A DNA stretch of 64,000 nucleotides from the human T2T-CHM13v2.0 reference genome, Homo sapiens (GCF_009914755.1 NC_060925.1), one strand, 5' to 3'; counted from the stretch's first letter, positions 1 to 15,685 are shown. Made by a program: numbers and translations. Notes: generated by a model not told the origin, from the letters alone.

Positions 1-554
1 TATTTCCTCTTATAGAATGTTTTCTTCAGATGTTTTAATAGTTTGATATTACTCATTTCTGAATGGATGGTTGAGGGCCTTTTTCTTTTTTAAAAAACAT
101 TTTTCACTACTTGCCATGCAAACTATTTGATCTCCTAAAGAGAACCAGGATATAAATTTAGTAATTAGTATCAATGTATAGGTTTTTTTATTTAATGTGG
201 AATTATTATATGGTGATGTTCTTTGGAGTGTTTTCATGTGACTTAATGTGTATTTAAGCCCTCCATAGTTAAAAAGATGTTTACAGTACTTTCATGTTTG
301 GCATTATTCAACTCTTTCCAAAGATTCTTTTAATATTTTGTCTGATTATCATTTATTTTAACCTACAAATGCTCTTTTTATGCTTGCCTACTTTTATTCA
401 ACCTACAAAATAAAACTTTATTACATGTACTTTACCAAGTCCTTAATAAGCTTCAGTATTCAGTATTGCCAAGCACTTATTAAAGCTTCAACATTTTCTT
501 CCTTTATTTTGTTAATGGTATCTCATGAATGTTGAATTCTTAGTTTTTTGGGGC

Positions 555-745
555 TTTTTTTTTTTCAAGTATATTTAGGGGGTACAAGCACAGCCTTTTT
601 ACATGCATGTACTTTATAGTAGTGTACCCATCATCCACATAATAAATGAACGTTATACCCTCTAAGTAATTTTCACCCCTCACACTTCTCCCACGCTCCT
701 ACCTTTTGTAGTCTCCAGTGTCTGTTTTTCTATTCTGTATGTCTA
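555..745 (-). mobile_element. Old L1 (L1PB/L1MA-type) 3' end fragment
   Basis: Poly-T followed by 'tttagggggtacaag...gtacccatca...ccctctaagtaattttcacccctcac...gtctccagtgtct', resembling an antisense L1 3'UTR. Confidence 0.6.
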
Positions 746-1473
746 AGTATTTTTCATCATTGTAGCATACAATCAAAAATTGGTAAAATTTAAGTGTCAA
801 ATTCCTAGTTAAAATTTTTTGAAATGATGGCATACAAACAGCTTTAAAGGTAGGCCTTCCGTCCCATTTTTTTTTTTTGGTAAGATTTATGAATAGATTG
901 AAAAATATAAAAATTCGGTGGAAATCAGAAGCTAAGTCTTATCTTTAGTAGTCAGCTTCCTTTCTATGAATTTGAGTTTTATTGAGTCTTCTTCATCACA
1001 AGAGATCATGAATTTGGTAATAAATCTAGAAAAGTGCAGCTTTTTGTTAGTATATGTAAATAATACACATTTTTTTAAAAAATTGAAGATCGTTCTCAAT
1101 TCTTAGTATAAAAATCAGAAATTTGTCTGGGTCTTTAAAAATATAGTACAAATATCTAATAATGTATTTGGTTGTTTAGCTGAAAGGCAGATGTTTCAGT
1201 CTTTGGAATTCAAGACTATATTAATCTAATACTCCTTAAACCAACATTTTATTTATAGGGTGTAATAAAAATCATAAAGTTAAATTTGAATGAGTAAAAT
1301 CTTGATTTTTTGGCGGCCTTGTCCCCATTCTGTGTTGTGCATTCCCAAGGCCACAAGATACTGCCAAGCCAGAATGATTCAATTTTTACCATTATCTACC
1401 TCTCACTCCTAGTTTATTACTTTATTGAGACGCACAGCACTAGAGAATTCTTGCTATGTGAATGATTTCTTTT

Positions 1474-1758
1474 GGCCAAGTGCGGTGTCTCATGCTTATA
1501 ATCCCAGCGCCATAGAGGATGAAGTGGTAGGATAACTTGAGGCCAGGAGTTCGAGATCAGCCTGGGTAACATAGCAAGACCCGTTTCTACCAGAAATTAA
1601 AAAAATAAATAAATAGCCAGCGGGGTGGTGCGTGCCTGTAGCCCCAGCCACTCAGGAGAAGTGGGAGGATTGCTTGAGCCCATGAGTACGAGGCTGCATT
1701 GAGCTACAATCTTGCTACTACACTCCAACCTGGGCAACAGACCTCTCAGAAAAAAAAA
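1474..1758 (+). mobile_element. Alu SINE (AluJ-like, diverged)
   Basis: GGCCAAGTGCGGTG...TTGAGGCCAGGAGTTCGAGA...GGAGGATTGCTTGAGCCC...A tail. Confidence 0.92.
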
Positions 1759-2399
1759 TTCCTCTTGAGAGTCTTACTAAAATAAAAATCACAATCATAT
1801 TAAACTTTCAAAAATCAGGTATTTCATATGTGGGTACAATCTCTTGAAGTATGTTATGCTTTTGTAGTTCAGAGCAGCTATTTCCTTTTTTTACAGATAA
1901 GGTCTTGGATTTACTTTAATAATTCACAGCATTTATAATGTCTTGGATTTTACATTCAAGATGTAATTTTTGGTTTCCTACATTGCCACAGAGGTTATTG
2001 TGGCAGCACATGTGGTTTTAAAAATTTGACAGAACTTCTGGTACTGAGTTTGCCAAAATTACCAGACCAAAAAATACGCATTTGCTTGCATTGGTCTTAA
2101 AGGCTGTATTTTGAAATGTTGATTGTATTTTATTCTTTCCAAGAACGATCCTACTTATAAGCATATTACATCTACCTTGCCATTACTTCTGGGCTTAATT
2201 CTATTAATTTTGTTTAGATCAACAGCCATTTATTAAGGCCATGCCAGGAAAACTGTACTGTTATGTAAGGACTGTGCTCACTAGGTTCACTAGGTTGTGA
2301 AATATTTGCACAAATAATTCTTATAAAAGTCATACTACGATATCATGCCAAAATGAAGTGCAGAGAAAAGGTTGTAAAAATATAGGGTAGGTTAGAGTA

Positions 2400-2990
2400 A
2401 ATTCAAAATGAGTGGTATGGAAAAAGAGACCCCATTTATTTAGAACTGAAGGCAGAGGAGGATTGTAGGCTATATAGTCTTTTCTGAGGAGGAGAAAAGT
2501 TCAGAGGTAAAGGCACAGGAAAGGTAAAAATATAGTGCCTTAGGGGGAATGTGAAGTGTACAGAAAGTAGGAGATGAAACGGGTGTGTTAGTTTGGGACA
2601 TGATTATGAACAGCCTGCTCTTTTAAGATTCTCTTGTAGGCCACAAAATGTTGTTGATATTTTCAATTGAGAACATGTTATACTTATTTGATAGCATTCA
2701 AGGTGGTGTATCCAATGAACTAGAGTGGGGAACTAATGAAAGAAATAGGAACCTAATTAGAAGGGGTGGACGACAGTCCTTGGTGAGAGGCAATGGCAGT
2801 AGACAGATATGAGAAGTTTTGTAATGGTGGGTTAGAATTTGGCATTTGATTGAATGCGAGGTAAAGGAGGAGCAAAGAATCAAAGCCCAGAACCAAGGTT
2901 CCAGCCAAGTCTTTTATGTATTCCATTAGCCTGCTTTAGTGGAAGGGAGAAGGAATGAGCCCATTTTCTGATGATACTTTGAGATGCATG
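2400..2990 (-). mobile_element. Degenerate L2 LINE fragments
   Basis: Purine-rich tract with L2-like phrases ('gtaaaggaggagcaaagaatcaaagcccag...'); boundaries approximate. Confidence 0.35.
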
Positions 2991-5900
2991 TGTTAAAAGT
3001 CCAAAGTACCAGCTGCTGAGAAGGTTGATGCTTTGTTGGTATGTATATTTTTAAATGTGGTATTTGTAAAAAAAATATATTTTTTCTTCCTTTTAAATGT
3101 TTTTAAATGTTTTCGAGTGTATACCTGCATATGTTTTTACACTGCATATGTTTAAGTGATACTAATTTTTTTTAAATACTCACATAAAGTGAAAATTTTT
3201 ATTATGCGATATTCAGGCTACATGATCTAGGTTTTTATTTGTATTTTAGATGAGATTTCTAGTAGGTAATCAAGACTGTATAAAAGCTATCGTAATCTGG
3301 TTAGAAATCTTTATTTTGCTAAAGAATACTTTTGTCATTATTAGACCTGTTGAGATACTCTTCATTGTTCAGGGCCATTTTAGTAACATTCTTAACAGCT
3401 CTTTAAACAAGTAATTTGATATTCTTTGGTTTCCTTAGATACCAGCCTGCCCCTTTTCAGAAAGCTTAGGGATATCTGTGCCCTCGAAGATTTAAAAAAT
3501 TTCATTGCAATTTATCTTCACTGCAGCTTTCTCTTTTGTTACCATGAACTTCTAATATTATATATTTATTTTATTGGTACGTGGGGAAATTTCCCTGCTT
3601 CACCTGTTCTTTAAAAGAGTAACAATCATTTCCTCAATAGCTTTTCAGCTCTTCATACCCAGCAATAGTTCTTAGGTTTTATAGCTGATACTTTGTATCA
3701 TGTTAATTATGGGTGACAACCCTGAACAACAACCCAAAGCATCTATCAGCACCTATCCATCAGTGATTAACTCAGAGTAGGCTCTCAATGTATTTTTTGA
3801 ATAAATGCTTATCATCGATTATAATGAAGATCACAAATTGTGCTGGAACCTAACCAGTTATAGATTCCTTGCATGGATATAAGAATGATAAGAGTTACAA
3901 TTAAAGTGTTATAACACTGAGTTGTGTGTCCTAATCCGAAAGTATTCTTGCTTCCATATAGTAGAGAAAATTTTTTGTGATGCAGTTACAGTGCTTAATA
4001 AAGCTTCATACATGGAAACTCTCAGTAAATGCTTATTGTTGTCATTATTGGTGTAAATTAAATCTGAATATTAGTTCACATATTTAAGTGGCCCTTTTGG
4101 TATCCGTTTTCACTCTTCAGATTTTTTTTCTCTCATTTTTTGGGGGGAAGACTCTTCTTTTTTTCAATGCTGCTCAAGATTTTCTATTTTTTAAATTAGA
4201 GAATTTTCTATTATTGTTGCTACCTTCCTTAGATGATAAATCAGTAGCAAGCTGACTGGTTTTTATCAAAATTGATGTTCTGATATTGAGAACAGGAAGT
4301 GTTGATGTTGACCTGTCTGTCTGAAAAAAAAAACAAAAAACCCCACAATATTCTGCTTACACTTTCACTGGGCAATTATGTAAAAAAGATCAGTAGTTTT
4401 TCCTTGTTTTACTTTTATAATCTGATGCCTGGTGAAATAACCACACAGAAAACATGCAAGTAGGAATCTTTTGTAGTTCTCCATGGCCTATAATCCCTGC
4501 CCCCAAATCATGCCAAGCATTAGGATCCGCCCATGTATTAACAGCTTTAAGAGGAAGTCAGTAGAGGATCCTTGTCAGAATTGTCCTGGTGTGTGATGGC
4601 TTGCTGCTTTTTTATGAAAGGATCAGTCATGCCGAAGACATAGCTATGCATAAGGTAATCAGCATGAAATAAAGGGAAGTTAATTAAATATGGTTGTCAA
4701 TACTGTAGTTGTGAATTTTATTTAACTAGTTAAGGAAACTAAAAATATGACATCCTTAAAAAGACATTTTTAATGTTTATAAGATAAAATACGTAAAGAA
4801 AGTTTTGACAATCTTAACAAGTCCATTGTCAAACTATTACCAGGCTGTGTAACCATCTAGTTACTTAGCAACCTAAGTGAAGCAATAGCATTTAATATTT
4901 TGTATAAATTTTCAGCAAAGGCGGCCCAAATTTTTAGCATTAGAGACATTTTCTGATATGCAGGGAGCTCTTCCTCCACAGTTCCTTTCTTTAGTGGGTC
5001 ATTACATACCACAGGTGGATTATGTTTATCTTTTAATGGTGAAATGATAGTTTTTTTTTGGTGGAGGAGCTGGTTATCTGTCTTCCAAAATGTCTTCTGG
5101 TGACTTGTATTAAGATCTTATTAAAATATCATTGTGTTCTTGCATTCACAGCAGAAGACTACTGTAAATTGCATTATATGAAACTGAATAATATCTATGG
5201 TTTAATTTAAAGTAGAAATAAAATCTAAATTCATACATTCGAGCTGTAGGGTTTCAAGATTTTAATTTGGTGAAATGCCGGAACAATTTCTTATATTTAA
5301 TTTGAGGAGTATTACATGAGAAGTGCATCTTATCAAATTAGGAAAGAAACATATACTATTTACACAGTCTAATTATTAAAGCATGTTAAATTTCACAGTT
5401 AATATTCAGATATCTTTCTGTAAATGAGTTGCTGAGATTTATTGTCAATGTTGTTTGATTTGTAAAGTCCATTAAGTTGCAAATGCTGATTTGAGGAATG
5501 GTGGCAAGTTAGGATTTCAAAGTAGCCATGTTTTTTTCAGTAGGCTCTGTAAATCATTAATACTAAAAAGAAATAACCTGCAATGCTGTGTGCATTATAG
5601 GTAATATCAGAAACTTTTTTTTTTTTTTTTTTTGCAAAGCATAGCTGAAGTTTAATTCCCAGTGTGGAATGTATTAGTTTTTCGTATAGAGGTGAGATAG
5701 CCCACAATTGGCTGTTGAACTGGAGTGCCGTTGTCTGTCTTATAATTTTGGAGGAGAAAAAAAAATATGATTTTAATTTTTACATTCTTTGTTTTGAAAG
5801 ATGATAAAAGTGTTTTCTACACATGTTTCCCGCTATCAGAAAAAAATCACTGTTAAGAGGATATTGCTGATGGAAACAATGTTTTCTCAAGTTCAGAATA

Positions 5901-6075
5901 TTGCTAGGGAAATATGTAGATGTGGAAGGCTACCTTGTTAAGAAGTTGTGCAAGAAAAAAATCTTTAATTTTTATATTTTGATTTATAATTTAATTTTTA
6001 TATTTTAATATTAAAATTCTAATATTTTTAGTGTACTTTGAAAATGTCCAATTTGTACATTTATATAATCCCTGG

Positions 6076-6262
6076 GTTTTATTTTTATTTTTAAAATTTT
6101 ATTTATTTTTACTTCTTTTTAATATGAGGTCTTGCTCGGTCATCTAGGCTATAGTGCAGTGGTACAGTCATAGCTCACTGCAGCCTCAGACTTCTAGGCT
6201 CTAGCTATCCTCCCGCCTCTGCCTCTTGAGTATCTAGGGCTATAGGCCTGCGCCACCACACT
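6076..6262 (-). mobile_element. Alu right-arm monomer (FRAM/AluJ-like)
   Basis: T-rich tail then 'ggtcttgctc...gtgcagtggtacagtcatagctcactgcagcctc...gcgccaccac'; no left arm follows. Confidence 0.85.
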
Positions 6263-6875
6263 TTGTAACACAGTTTTTATTTAATAGCAAAATTAGCAAG
6301 TATATTTAATATAGTTTCATATAATTTCACATTTTGAGATAAGTTTGAAATTATTATAAATTGTTTTTGTAGATACTATTAAATTCCTAAACTTCATGGA
6401 GGAATTATTCTACTGGATTTGGGCCTGAGTTGCAGATTTTGTTTCTGCAGTAATTATGGGCCTTTCTATTTCTTCATTTTTATAATGAGGAGACTCTGGT
6501 TTTAAAAACTCTTTCTTGAGGGGTTTAATGATGAAAATGATAAGGTATTGTATGTCAAACAATGATAAATTAAAACTTCCAGAAGAAGTAGTCATTTTTG
6601 TTTTCTGCCTTATAGATTGACACTCTTTAATATTTAAGTGTTTAATTAAAAAATAGTCTGGCATAGAAAAAAATCTTGAAAATCTCTATTTAGGAGGTCT
6701 CCGAGTTAGTTCCCAGTTTTTTTTTTTTAATTTAACTTTCTTACACCAACAAGCAAAGATGAAAGTTTCCAGTTTTAAAAAATTCTGTTTCACACGAGTT
6801 TCTGAATTCCATCCACTTTGCTTTATTCTTTCCACTATTCATGTTAGTTTCCGTAATTCAGTTCATTTATTCATG

Positions 6876-7035
6876 CCTGCCTCCCTTCCTCTCTCCTTCC
6901 CGTTTTTTCTCTCCTTCCTTCCTTCCTTCTTCCCTCCCTCCTTCCCTCCTTCCTTCCCTCCCCCCTCCCTCTTTCCTTCCCTCCCCCTCTTCCTGTCTCC
7001 CTCCTTCCCCCTACCTCTGTCCCTCTCTCCCTCCT
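6876..7035. repeat. Polypyrimidine (CCTT/CCCT) low-complexity tract
   Basis: About 160 nt of almost pure C/T with CCTT and CCCT units. Confidence 0.95.
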
Positions 7036-7039
7036 ATGT

Positions 7040-7440
7040 TTCTTATTGTCAAAAACATTTATTATGTGCTAGCTCTTTGTCAGGCACTATGCATGGGTTA
7101 TACTCACTGGTAAGGTAGCACTGAAGTGATAGACATGAAAGCCATCTTTCATCATAACTGTGTTCAGTTAGCTCACCATCTTTTGAAAATGTTACATTGT
7201 GATAGGGATGAGCACTCTGTACTATGGACAAAAATGACACTGTACCCCTGATGTGTGGTGGAGGTTTAGGGAACCAGTCAGTTAGACAGTCAAGTGATGG
7301 ACCCAACTGAGTCTTGGAAAAGGAACAGTAGTTAGCCAAGGGACAAGTGGCAGAGGAGATTCCAGGCAGAAGGAACAGTATAACTATACCAAGAAAGGTA
7401 TAGAAGTGAGAGTAAGCTTCTATGACCCAAGAACATAAGA
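7040..7440 (-). mobile_element. L2 LINE fragment(s)
   Basis: 'aaacatttattatgtgct...gtcaggcactatgc' (antisense L2 3' end) and 'attccaggcagaaggaacag'. Confidence 0.5.
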
Positions 7441-7864
7441 GCAAATTAAATAATATTTAAAAAAGAAAACCACGAAGTTAAAAAAGGATGGTCTTCCTCA
7501 AGTGTAGATATATTTGCTAAAAAATAAATATTTCAAAAATTTAAATATTTTCCAGAAAGTTTGTTAATATATTTGATGTGTTTTTTTAATTACCAGGATA
7601 TTATACTAGTCATCAGAATCACAAAGTGATAAGCGAAAGTCATGGTCCATAAGGAGCACTTACTCTCTTAATTACATTACATAAATTCGTGACATTACTT
7701 GTGCATTTGTGTCATTTCTGTATCTTCTGAATCATTGTATTACTTGCAGTTTAAGCCTCAGTGCCTTGAACAAAGTATGTACCCAAAAAATTTTTTAGGC
7801 TTGGTTTGAAAAGATTTATCTTGAAGAAAGATAAACATAGAAAATTTCAATAAAAGACATTTTA

Positions 7865-8165
7865 TTTATTCATTTATTTATAGACAAGGTCTTTCTCTTT
7901 GTTGTCCAGGCTGGAGTACAGTGGCCTGATCATAGCTCACTGTAGCGTGGAACTCCTGGGCTCAAGCGATCCTTCCATCTCAGCCTCCCAAGAAGCTGGA
8001 ACTACAGGCACATGCCACCATGCCCAGCTATTTTTTTTAATTTTTTGTAGAGATGGAGTCTCTTAATTTGCCTAGACTGAACTTGAACTCCTGGGCTCAA
8101 GCCATCCTCCTGCCTTGGCTCCCCAAATTGCTGGGATTTACAGGCATGAGCCACTGCACCTGGCT
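7865..8165 (-). mobile_element. Alu SINE (AluJ-like) with 13-bp TSD
   Basis: Full dimer antisense; AAAAGACATTTTA at 7852-7864 and 8168-8180. Confidence 0.95.
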
Positions 8166-8534
8166 GCAAAAGACATTTTAAAACTAGTTTAAAAGCTTAA
8201 TTGAAGAGGACTCAAGATAACCCAATAGCAACTACTGTACAAATGACAACAGATAATGGCAGTAAGAATCTGGAGAGGGAGAGGTTATTTTTCAGTTTGA
8301 GGCAGTAAGGTTGGCTTTATGGCACAGGTGGTTTTTAAACTATCAAGTTTATTCTGAAGTTTATTAGGTGGAGGGGAAAGATGTTTTCTATGTGAATAAA
8401 AAATCTTGAGTAAAAGTCAGTTTCAGAGGTATATTCAGAAATATTGAGCAAGTAAGTTTGACAGAAACAGTGCTGAATTAAGTATTTTTGAAGTTTGATC
8501 TGTTTGGGCTCCGTTTCCAGTTTTGCTTTTTAAT

Positions 8535-8538
<4 letters not shown>

Positions 8539-8584
<46 letters not shown>
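8539..8584. repeat. (CT)23 microsatellite
   Basis: Uninterrupted CT repeat. Confidence 0.97.
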
Positions 8585-8588
<4 letters not shown>

Positions 8589-8665
8589 TTCAGATTTTCA
8601 ATTACCATTCCCCTTTCATTCCAGCCCCAGTTGCAACTTTCTTGTTGTTAAAATACATACAATAG

Positions 8666-9279
<614 letters not shown>

Positions 9280-11176
9280 GACATACTAGATTTGTTGTGC
9301 TAAGTTAGAGTGAAATAATAATACATGTACTTTTGGAGACATTTTAGAAACATTTCTGAGATCAACCTTTGTCAAGTCAGAACCCCAACTGTGTTCTTCC
9401 ATGTAAAATTATTTTTAGAGTTTGTTCCAGTTTTATACACATTTATGGTTTAGGGTGAAATTAGGAAGATTACTAGAGGCTGGCAAGATGGATGGAAGGT
9501 GATAAATCAGCTTTGAGATTTTTGCAGATGTTCAGAAAGAAAGATGTTAGGACAGAGGGATTGAAAGCAATGGGAAGAGGATTAAGGTATTTCAGGGTAA
9601 GAATCAATAGAACAGTGAATGTGTACCTCTTTAAAATGAAGTACCTTTTGTATTGACAGAGCTATATTTTACCCAAACTTAAGATGAATAATGCTCCAGA
9701 GGATTTTTGGTTTCAAAACTATTGGAGACTAGGCTAATTTCATTTGTTTGTGTGTGTATCCATGCATACATGCACATATATATTTAGTAAGCTTGGTTTA
9801 AAGAAAATCTGTTACTTCATAGTAGATGTGATTTTCTTTTACCATTTCACACTAATGCATTTCTTTGTTATTATAAGTTAGCAATTGAAGGTTATATGTA
9901 TAATTCATGCTAAATTAGTATATTGGTCTAGAAGGTTTTTCAGGAGACTAATAATGGAGTAGAGGCTTCTTTAATACATATGACTATATAAAACATTATT
10001 AATATTAACAGATGTTGCACTTTAATCCCCTAGAATGACTGGTACCAGCAGGAGATTTATTAAGCCTGAATTGTGTGAAATTGTGTGTGCATAAGCTGCA
10101 ACTTAGACTGTAAAAATGCTACTGAAAACTGTTAAAAAGATTTAGCTATAATTTGGCAGAGAAGTATTAACTGTGCTAAAAGAAGTATGTGTGTATGGTT
10201 GGCCCTTCGCCTTAACCTTTTTATCATTTATCTTCTTGTATTAATGTCACTGAATTATTAATTCATGAGCCAGGATGGGAAGGGTGAAGGCACCATTTAA
10301 ATGTGTGGCAAATTTATCCTTATCGCCAGAGACATGAAAAAAGTCATTTTGTGTTATCTGTAAAATGGAAAGGACATTTTAAAATTTCATTTACAGTAAT
10401 CCACTTCACTTCCAGTCAAACACCTAGATTATTACTACCATAATATAATGTTATTAAAAATTTGTAACCTTCTCCACTCTTTTGTCTTATATATATAATG
10501 TTGATAGAAAAATTTAGCCTTGATTTATTTCAGTGTGATACTTGTTAATTGTAGGTTAAAAATGTTACTTTTACGAATGATATGTTATAGTTTGACTTAA
10601 ATTTTAAGGAACAGTAGACTTATGAAAAATAAAAATATTTACTGTAATAATAACAATCAGGATATTTTCATTGAGGGGAGTCCGCATATAGGGAATTGGA
10701 AAGCTCTAAATATATGTTTCAAAGAAATGTTTGCATTTATTGTGACTTCATAATTATTTGGAATAAGATTGGTGATGTTGGCCTTGTGGAACTTTTAGCA
10801 TTATACAAGAAACTTAGCAAATTAGAATTTAGCATTTACTTGTTGAATGTAATGTGGATCTGGGATATATCCAGTATTTCATATGGATAAGTAGCTATGG
10901 TGACAGGAATTTCAAGAGTTTGAAGCCACTTTTACCAGCAGCTCTTCGAAACCATCATGCTAATGGAAGAATACCTCAGGGGTCTTGTCCAAACCTCATC
11001 ACTTTTCATTCTCCCGTTATTTACTATTTTGATTGGTTTTATATACTCTCATGCCAAACAAAGTAGTAAGATAAGTTACTGTGGTAATGTCCTTTGTTTT
11101 CTTTTCTAGAATTTCTCCCCGAACACTCTAAGGTATACATATGGCTCTGTTATACACACACTGAAAACACGAATTG

Positions 11177-11465
11177 TTTTTTTTGAGATAGAATCTCTCT
11201 TCGTCACCTGGGCTGGATTGCAGTGGTGCGATCTTGGCGCACTACACCCTCAGCCTCCCCACTTCAAGCATTTCTCTTGCCTCAGCCTCCAGGGTAGCTG
11301 GGATTACAGGTGGTGCCACCACGCCTGGCTAATTTTTGCATTTTTAGTAGAGATGGGATTTCACCAAGTTGTCCAGGCTGGTCTCGAACTCCTGACCTCA
11401 GCCAATCCACCGGCCTCGGACTCCCAAAGTGCTAGGATTACAGGTGTGAGCCACTGCACCTGGCC
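11177..11465 (-). mobile_element. Alu SINE (AluS)
   Basis: Full antisense dimer; source of ORF 11218..11493. Confidence 0.95.
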
Positions 11466-11679
11466 TGAAACTCTAATTTGTTTTGATCAGTAAATAATGC
11501 TACTTTGTTTTTCTTATTCTAGTATGGTTAATTTACCTTTACATTAACATTTAAATTAATTTCTTAAAATAATAGACTAAAGTTGATTTGATTATTTTGG
11601 CAGACATGAATAGTTATTAGTTCATTATGTGACTGAACTGCATCCAGTTATCTTGGTCTTAGGATTGTTCATCTATAAA

Positions 11680-11885
11680 CAGGGGTTGGGCAAACTATGG
11701 CTAGCCATCAGTTTTGTAAGTAAAGTTGTATTGGCACACAGCCAATGTCATTTCGGTATGCATTGCCTGTGGCACCTTTCACACTACAGTGGCAGACATA
11801 CATAGTTATGGCACAGACCATATCACTCTTAAAGCCTAAAATATTTTCTGTCTGGTCCTCCATAGAAAGAGTTACCTAACTTCTG
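11680..11885 (+). mobile_element. MER58A-like hAT-Charlie DNA transposon (MITE) remnant
   Basis: CAGGGGTTGGGCAAACTATGG...GTAAGTAAAGTTGTATTGGCACACAGCC...AAAGCCTAAAATATTTTCTGTCTGG...ACTTCTG follows the MER58A consensus, including degenerate TIRs. Confidence 0.8.
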
Positions 11886-12381
11886 ATCTGACTGTCTCAA
11901 TCTGCATAAAATGTTGGTTCTAATCCTTACAAATGTAGTGGAATATAATTGATAATTTTAAGCTCAAGAGATTGGAAAATTCAGTAGTTTTTATCATCAT
12001 TGGAAATGTTTTTTTTTAAGCAGATTTTTGCTTTTCTTTATATGTGGAGTAGCAATAGTAAGTGATATTTTTCCTGAAAGTTTTCTGAATTGAAACATTT
12101 TAAAAACCATTAAAATGTTGCAAAAATACATTAGTCTGTTACCACATGAAGGACTCTTGGCAAGTAATTCAAGCTTCTAGTCATTTTTCTCTGCTTTTTA
12201 TAACCTATGTTTCTTTTTTATTAAATGTCACTGCTTTATTACTACTTTAATGTTATTTGAAATTTTAATAGGTTATAAAATTATATTTTAAAGTTGAAAA
12301 AGCTCTTTTCTAAAAACCACATACCTCTCCTACTCCATGTTTGAGTAGTTAAGAAGCACTAAAACATAAATTTTAATTTAA

Positions 12382-12897
<516 letters not shown>

Positions 12898-14022
12898 TAG
12901 CTTTATCTTTAGTACTATTAATTAAGTTAATTATTTAGAAATAATTGGTATATTCCTTTTCTGTACAACTCAAGAAAATCCTTTTGTTTTGAGTTTTACT
13001 TGTAGACACAGATATAAATGGTATGGAACATTTGGCATAATCGGGACTAACCCCAGCTAAGGCATAGAAACTTGTTCTTTCTTAAAGAAGTCCCTGATGT
13101 TGTTTTGAATTTTCATTATCTGTAGTTTTCCCAGGAAGGCAGAGTGTGAAATATGTGAGCTAAATGCTTCAGGTTATTATAATATTCCTGTCAATATAAT
13201 AATCTATAAGTAGATTTCAAAAACAAAGATTTTCTGAAACAGTTGCTTCTTTTTAAGATATGAATTAGAATAATTGCCGAGACATATTTTGATAGAAGAG
13301 ACAAGTCCTTAGTTAAACATATTGCAGAAGCCCCCAGATGGCTTCCTTAACATTACTTAAGGTAGAATCAGGACCATAAATTTATCATTGGGAAAATTGG
13401 AAAATGATTGAATCATAGATTTATAATCTCTTCCTACCCTTATATAGTTGCTGAACTTGAGACCTAGATGCTTGCTACTGCAGTCCTTGTAGGGGCAGGT
13501 TGAGCCACGATTCTATAGTGTGCACTTGATCTGGATCTTGACCTCTTCATTAAGATGACTGATTGATCTAGGTACACGTCTCAAGGAAACACAGATCCAG
13601 AAACTGCTGTTAGTTACTTCTCTTAGCTTCTCATCACATTTATTACCATTAAGTTTTGGGAGGTTTAGTAATTATTATTTAATGCTTATTTTGGATCTTG
13701 GTCATTTTCTTGCATATTTAATTCTCATAAGATTATTAATTTCTTGAAGGTGGCAGCTATATCTTAATCTGTTTTATAATGCCTTTAGAACCTAACACAG
13801 GACTAGTTAATACAGAAGGTAAAAAAAATTAATGAATAACACTCGTTTTAGCACTGGATATCCATTAAAAATGTGTAGGAAGTACTCACTGGATATTCAT
13901 TGACTTGACTGGACATACATGAAAGTATAGTGCTAATGTGATCTACTTTATGTTAAAGGCAAGAAATGTAAGTTTAGATAACACTATATTGACATAGTTT
14001 GCAAATGAATTGTATCATTTAA

Positions 14023-14459
<437 letters not shown>

Positions 14460-15404
14460 TCATTACCTCTAAGAAACCTCTGATGGTGATATTGATGATC
14501 TAATATATGACAGATCCTGGGTCATTATTATTTCATTTAGTGGTTGTATATATAGACCAAGAGGGAATTTGAATATTGATTCGGGGAATGGCCAGTAACG
14601 GTGATTTATGAACAAAGGATCCAGTGCAGTGAGCCAAACATAAGATTGCATCTTATGAGTGAGCCACGTTGAGTTTTTTCTGTTATACTTACCCGAATGA
14701 TGATTAGTCCATAATCTTGTAGATGTTAATATTAAAACCTTTGTTCCATGACTATTAAAGATGCATTGCTAGTTATATTGGAGGAAATATTTATGTATTT
14801 ATTCTTTGGACTTACTATGAACAACTTCTCTAGTAGTTTGGTTGATAAAATTTATCAGTGTAATTAGTTATATAATTTAGGCACTTTAGTAATATAAATG
14901 AGTAAATTAGGATAGCTCAACTGGAAATAGTAAAAATTAAGTTAATATTTAGCTGTTATTACCTAAGGGATGTTTAGCTCATGTAAACATTTTAAAAATC
15001 AACTCGCTATTCTTTTGGTGTTTCCTCACTTTTGTATCTCAAGATGATTTTGTTCTGTATTCATTTTTTTATTCTAAAGGAAAAGATAGTAAAATAAGGT
15101 TATCTGGTCTACATAATTAGTAACAGTAGTGATTTTAGAACATGGGCTTATTTCTCAGCCCTTCTGCTTGCTTACTTTCCTTGAGTAGGTTAAGTTTTCT
15201 GCTTTTAAGATAAAATGGATATATTTCTTAAGGTTGTTGGGAAAATTGCATGGAAGAGTAAGCACACTGTTATCTACCTAGTTTAGCTGTAATTTTTTTG
15301 GGAGCCTAACTGTGTGCAAGGCAGTTACAGGTTTTTACTAGGACGAGTTATTTTTAAAGTACAGTGTAATCTCCCTGTGGATGAGAAATTTTGTTTCTTT
15401 TTTT

Positions 15405-15600
15405 CCTCAGTACACAACATATGTAATAGGTGCTCAGTAAATATTTGTTGAAGGAATAATTTGGTGAATAGTGGAAAGAATGGCTTTGTAGATAGCCTTG
15501 ATTGGGATCTAAGCTCTGCTGCTTATTAGCTGAGTAATTTCAGTTGAGTTATTTTACCTCTCGGAGCCTCAGATTTCTGACCTTTATAATACTGATCTTG
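15405..15600 (+). mobile_element. L2 3' end followed by MIR fragment
   Basis: 'taggtgctcagtaaatatttgttgaaggaat' (L2 tail), then 'gctctgctgcttattagctgag...acctctcggagcctcag' (MIR core). Confidence 0.55.
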
Positions 15601-15685
15601 CTTTTTTGGTAAGGATTAGTGATATGTATCTTACAGTATTTCAGACAACACAGAAGTTAGCTTTTTCCCAATTTGAGGTAAATAA

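Noticed and set aside
6759-7118. Pro/Ser/Phe/Leu-rich ORFs of 119 and 90 aa
   Set aside because: Open only because the C/T tract cannot contain stop codons.
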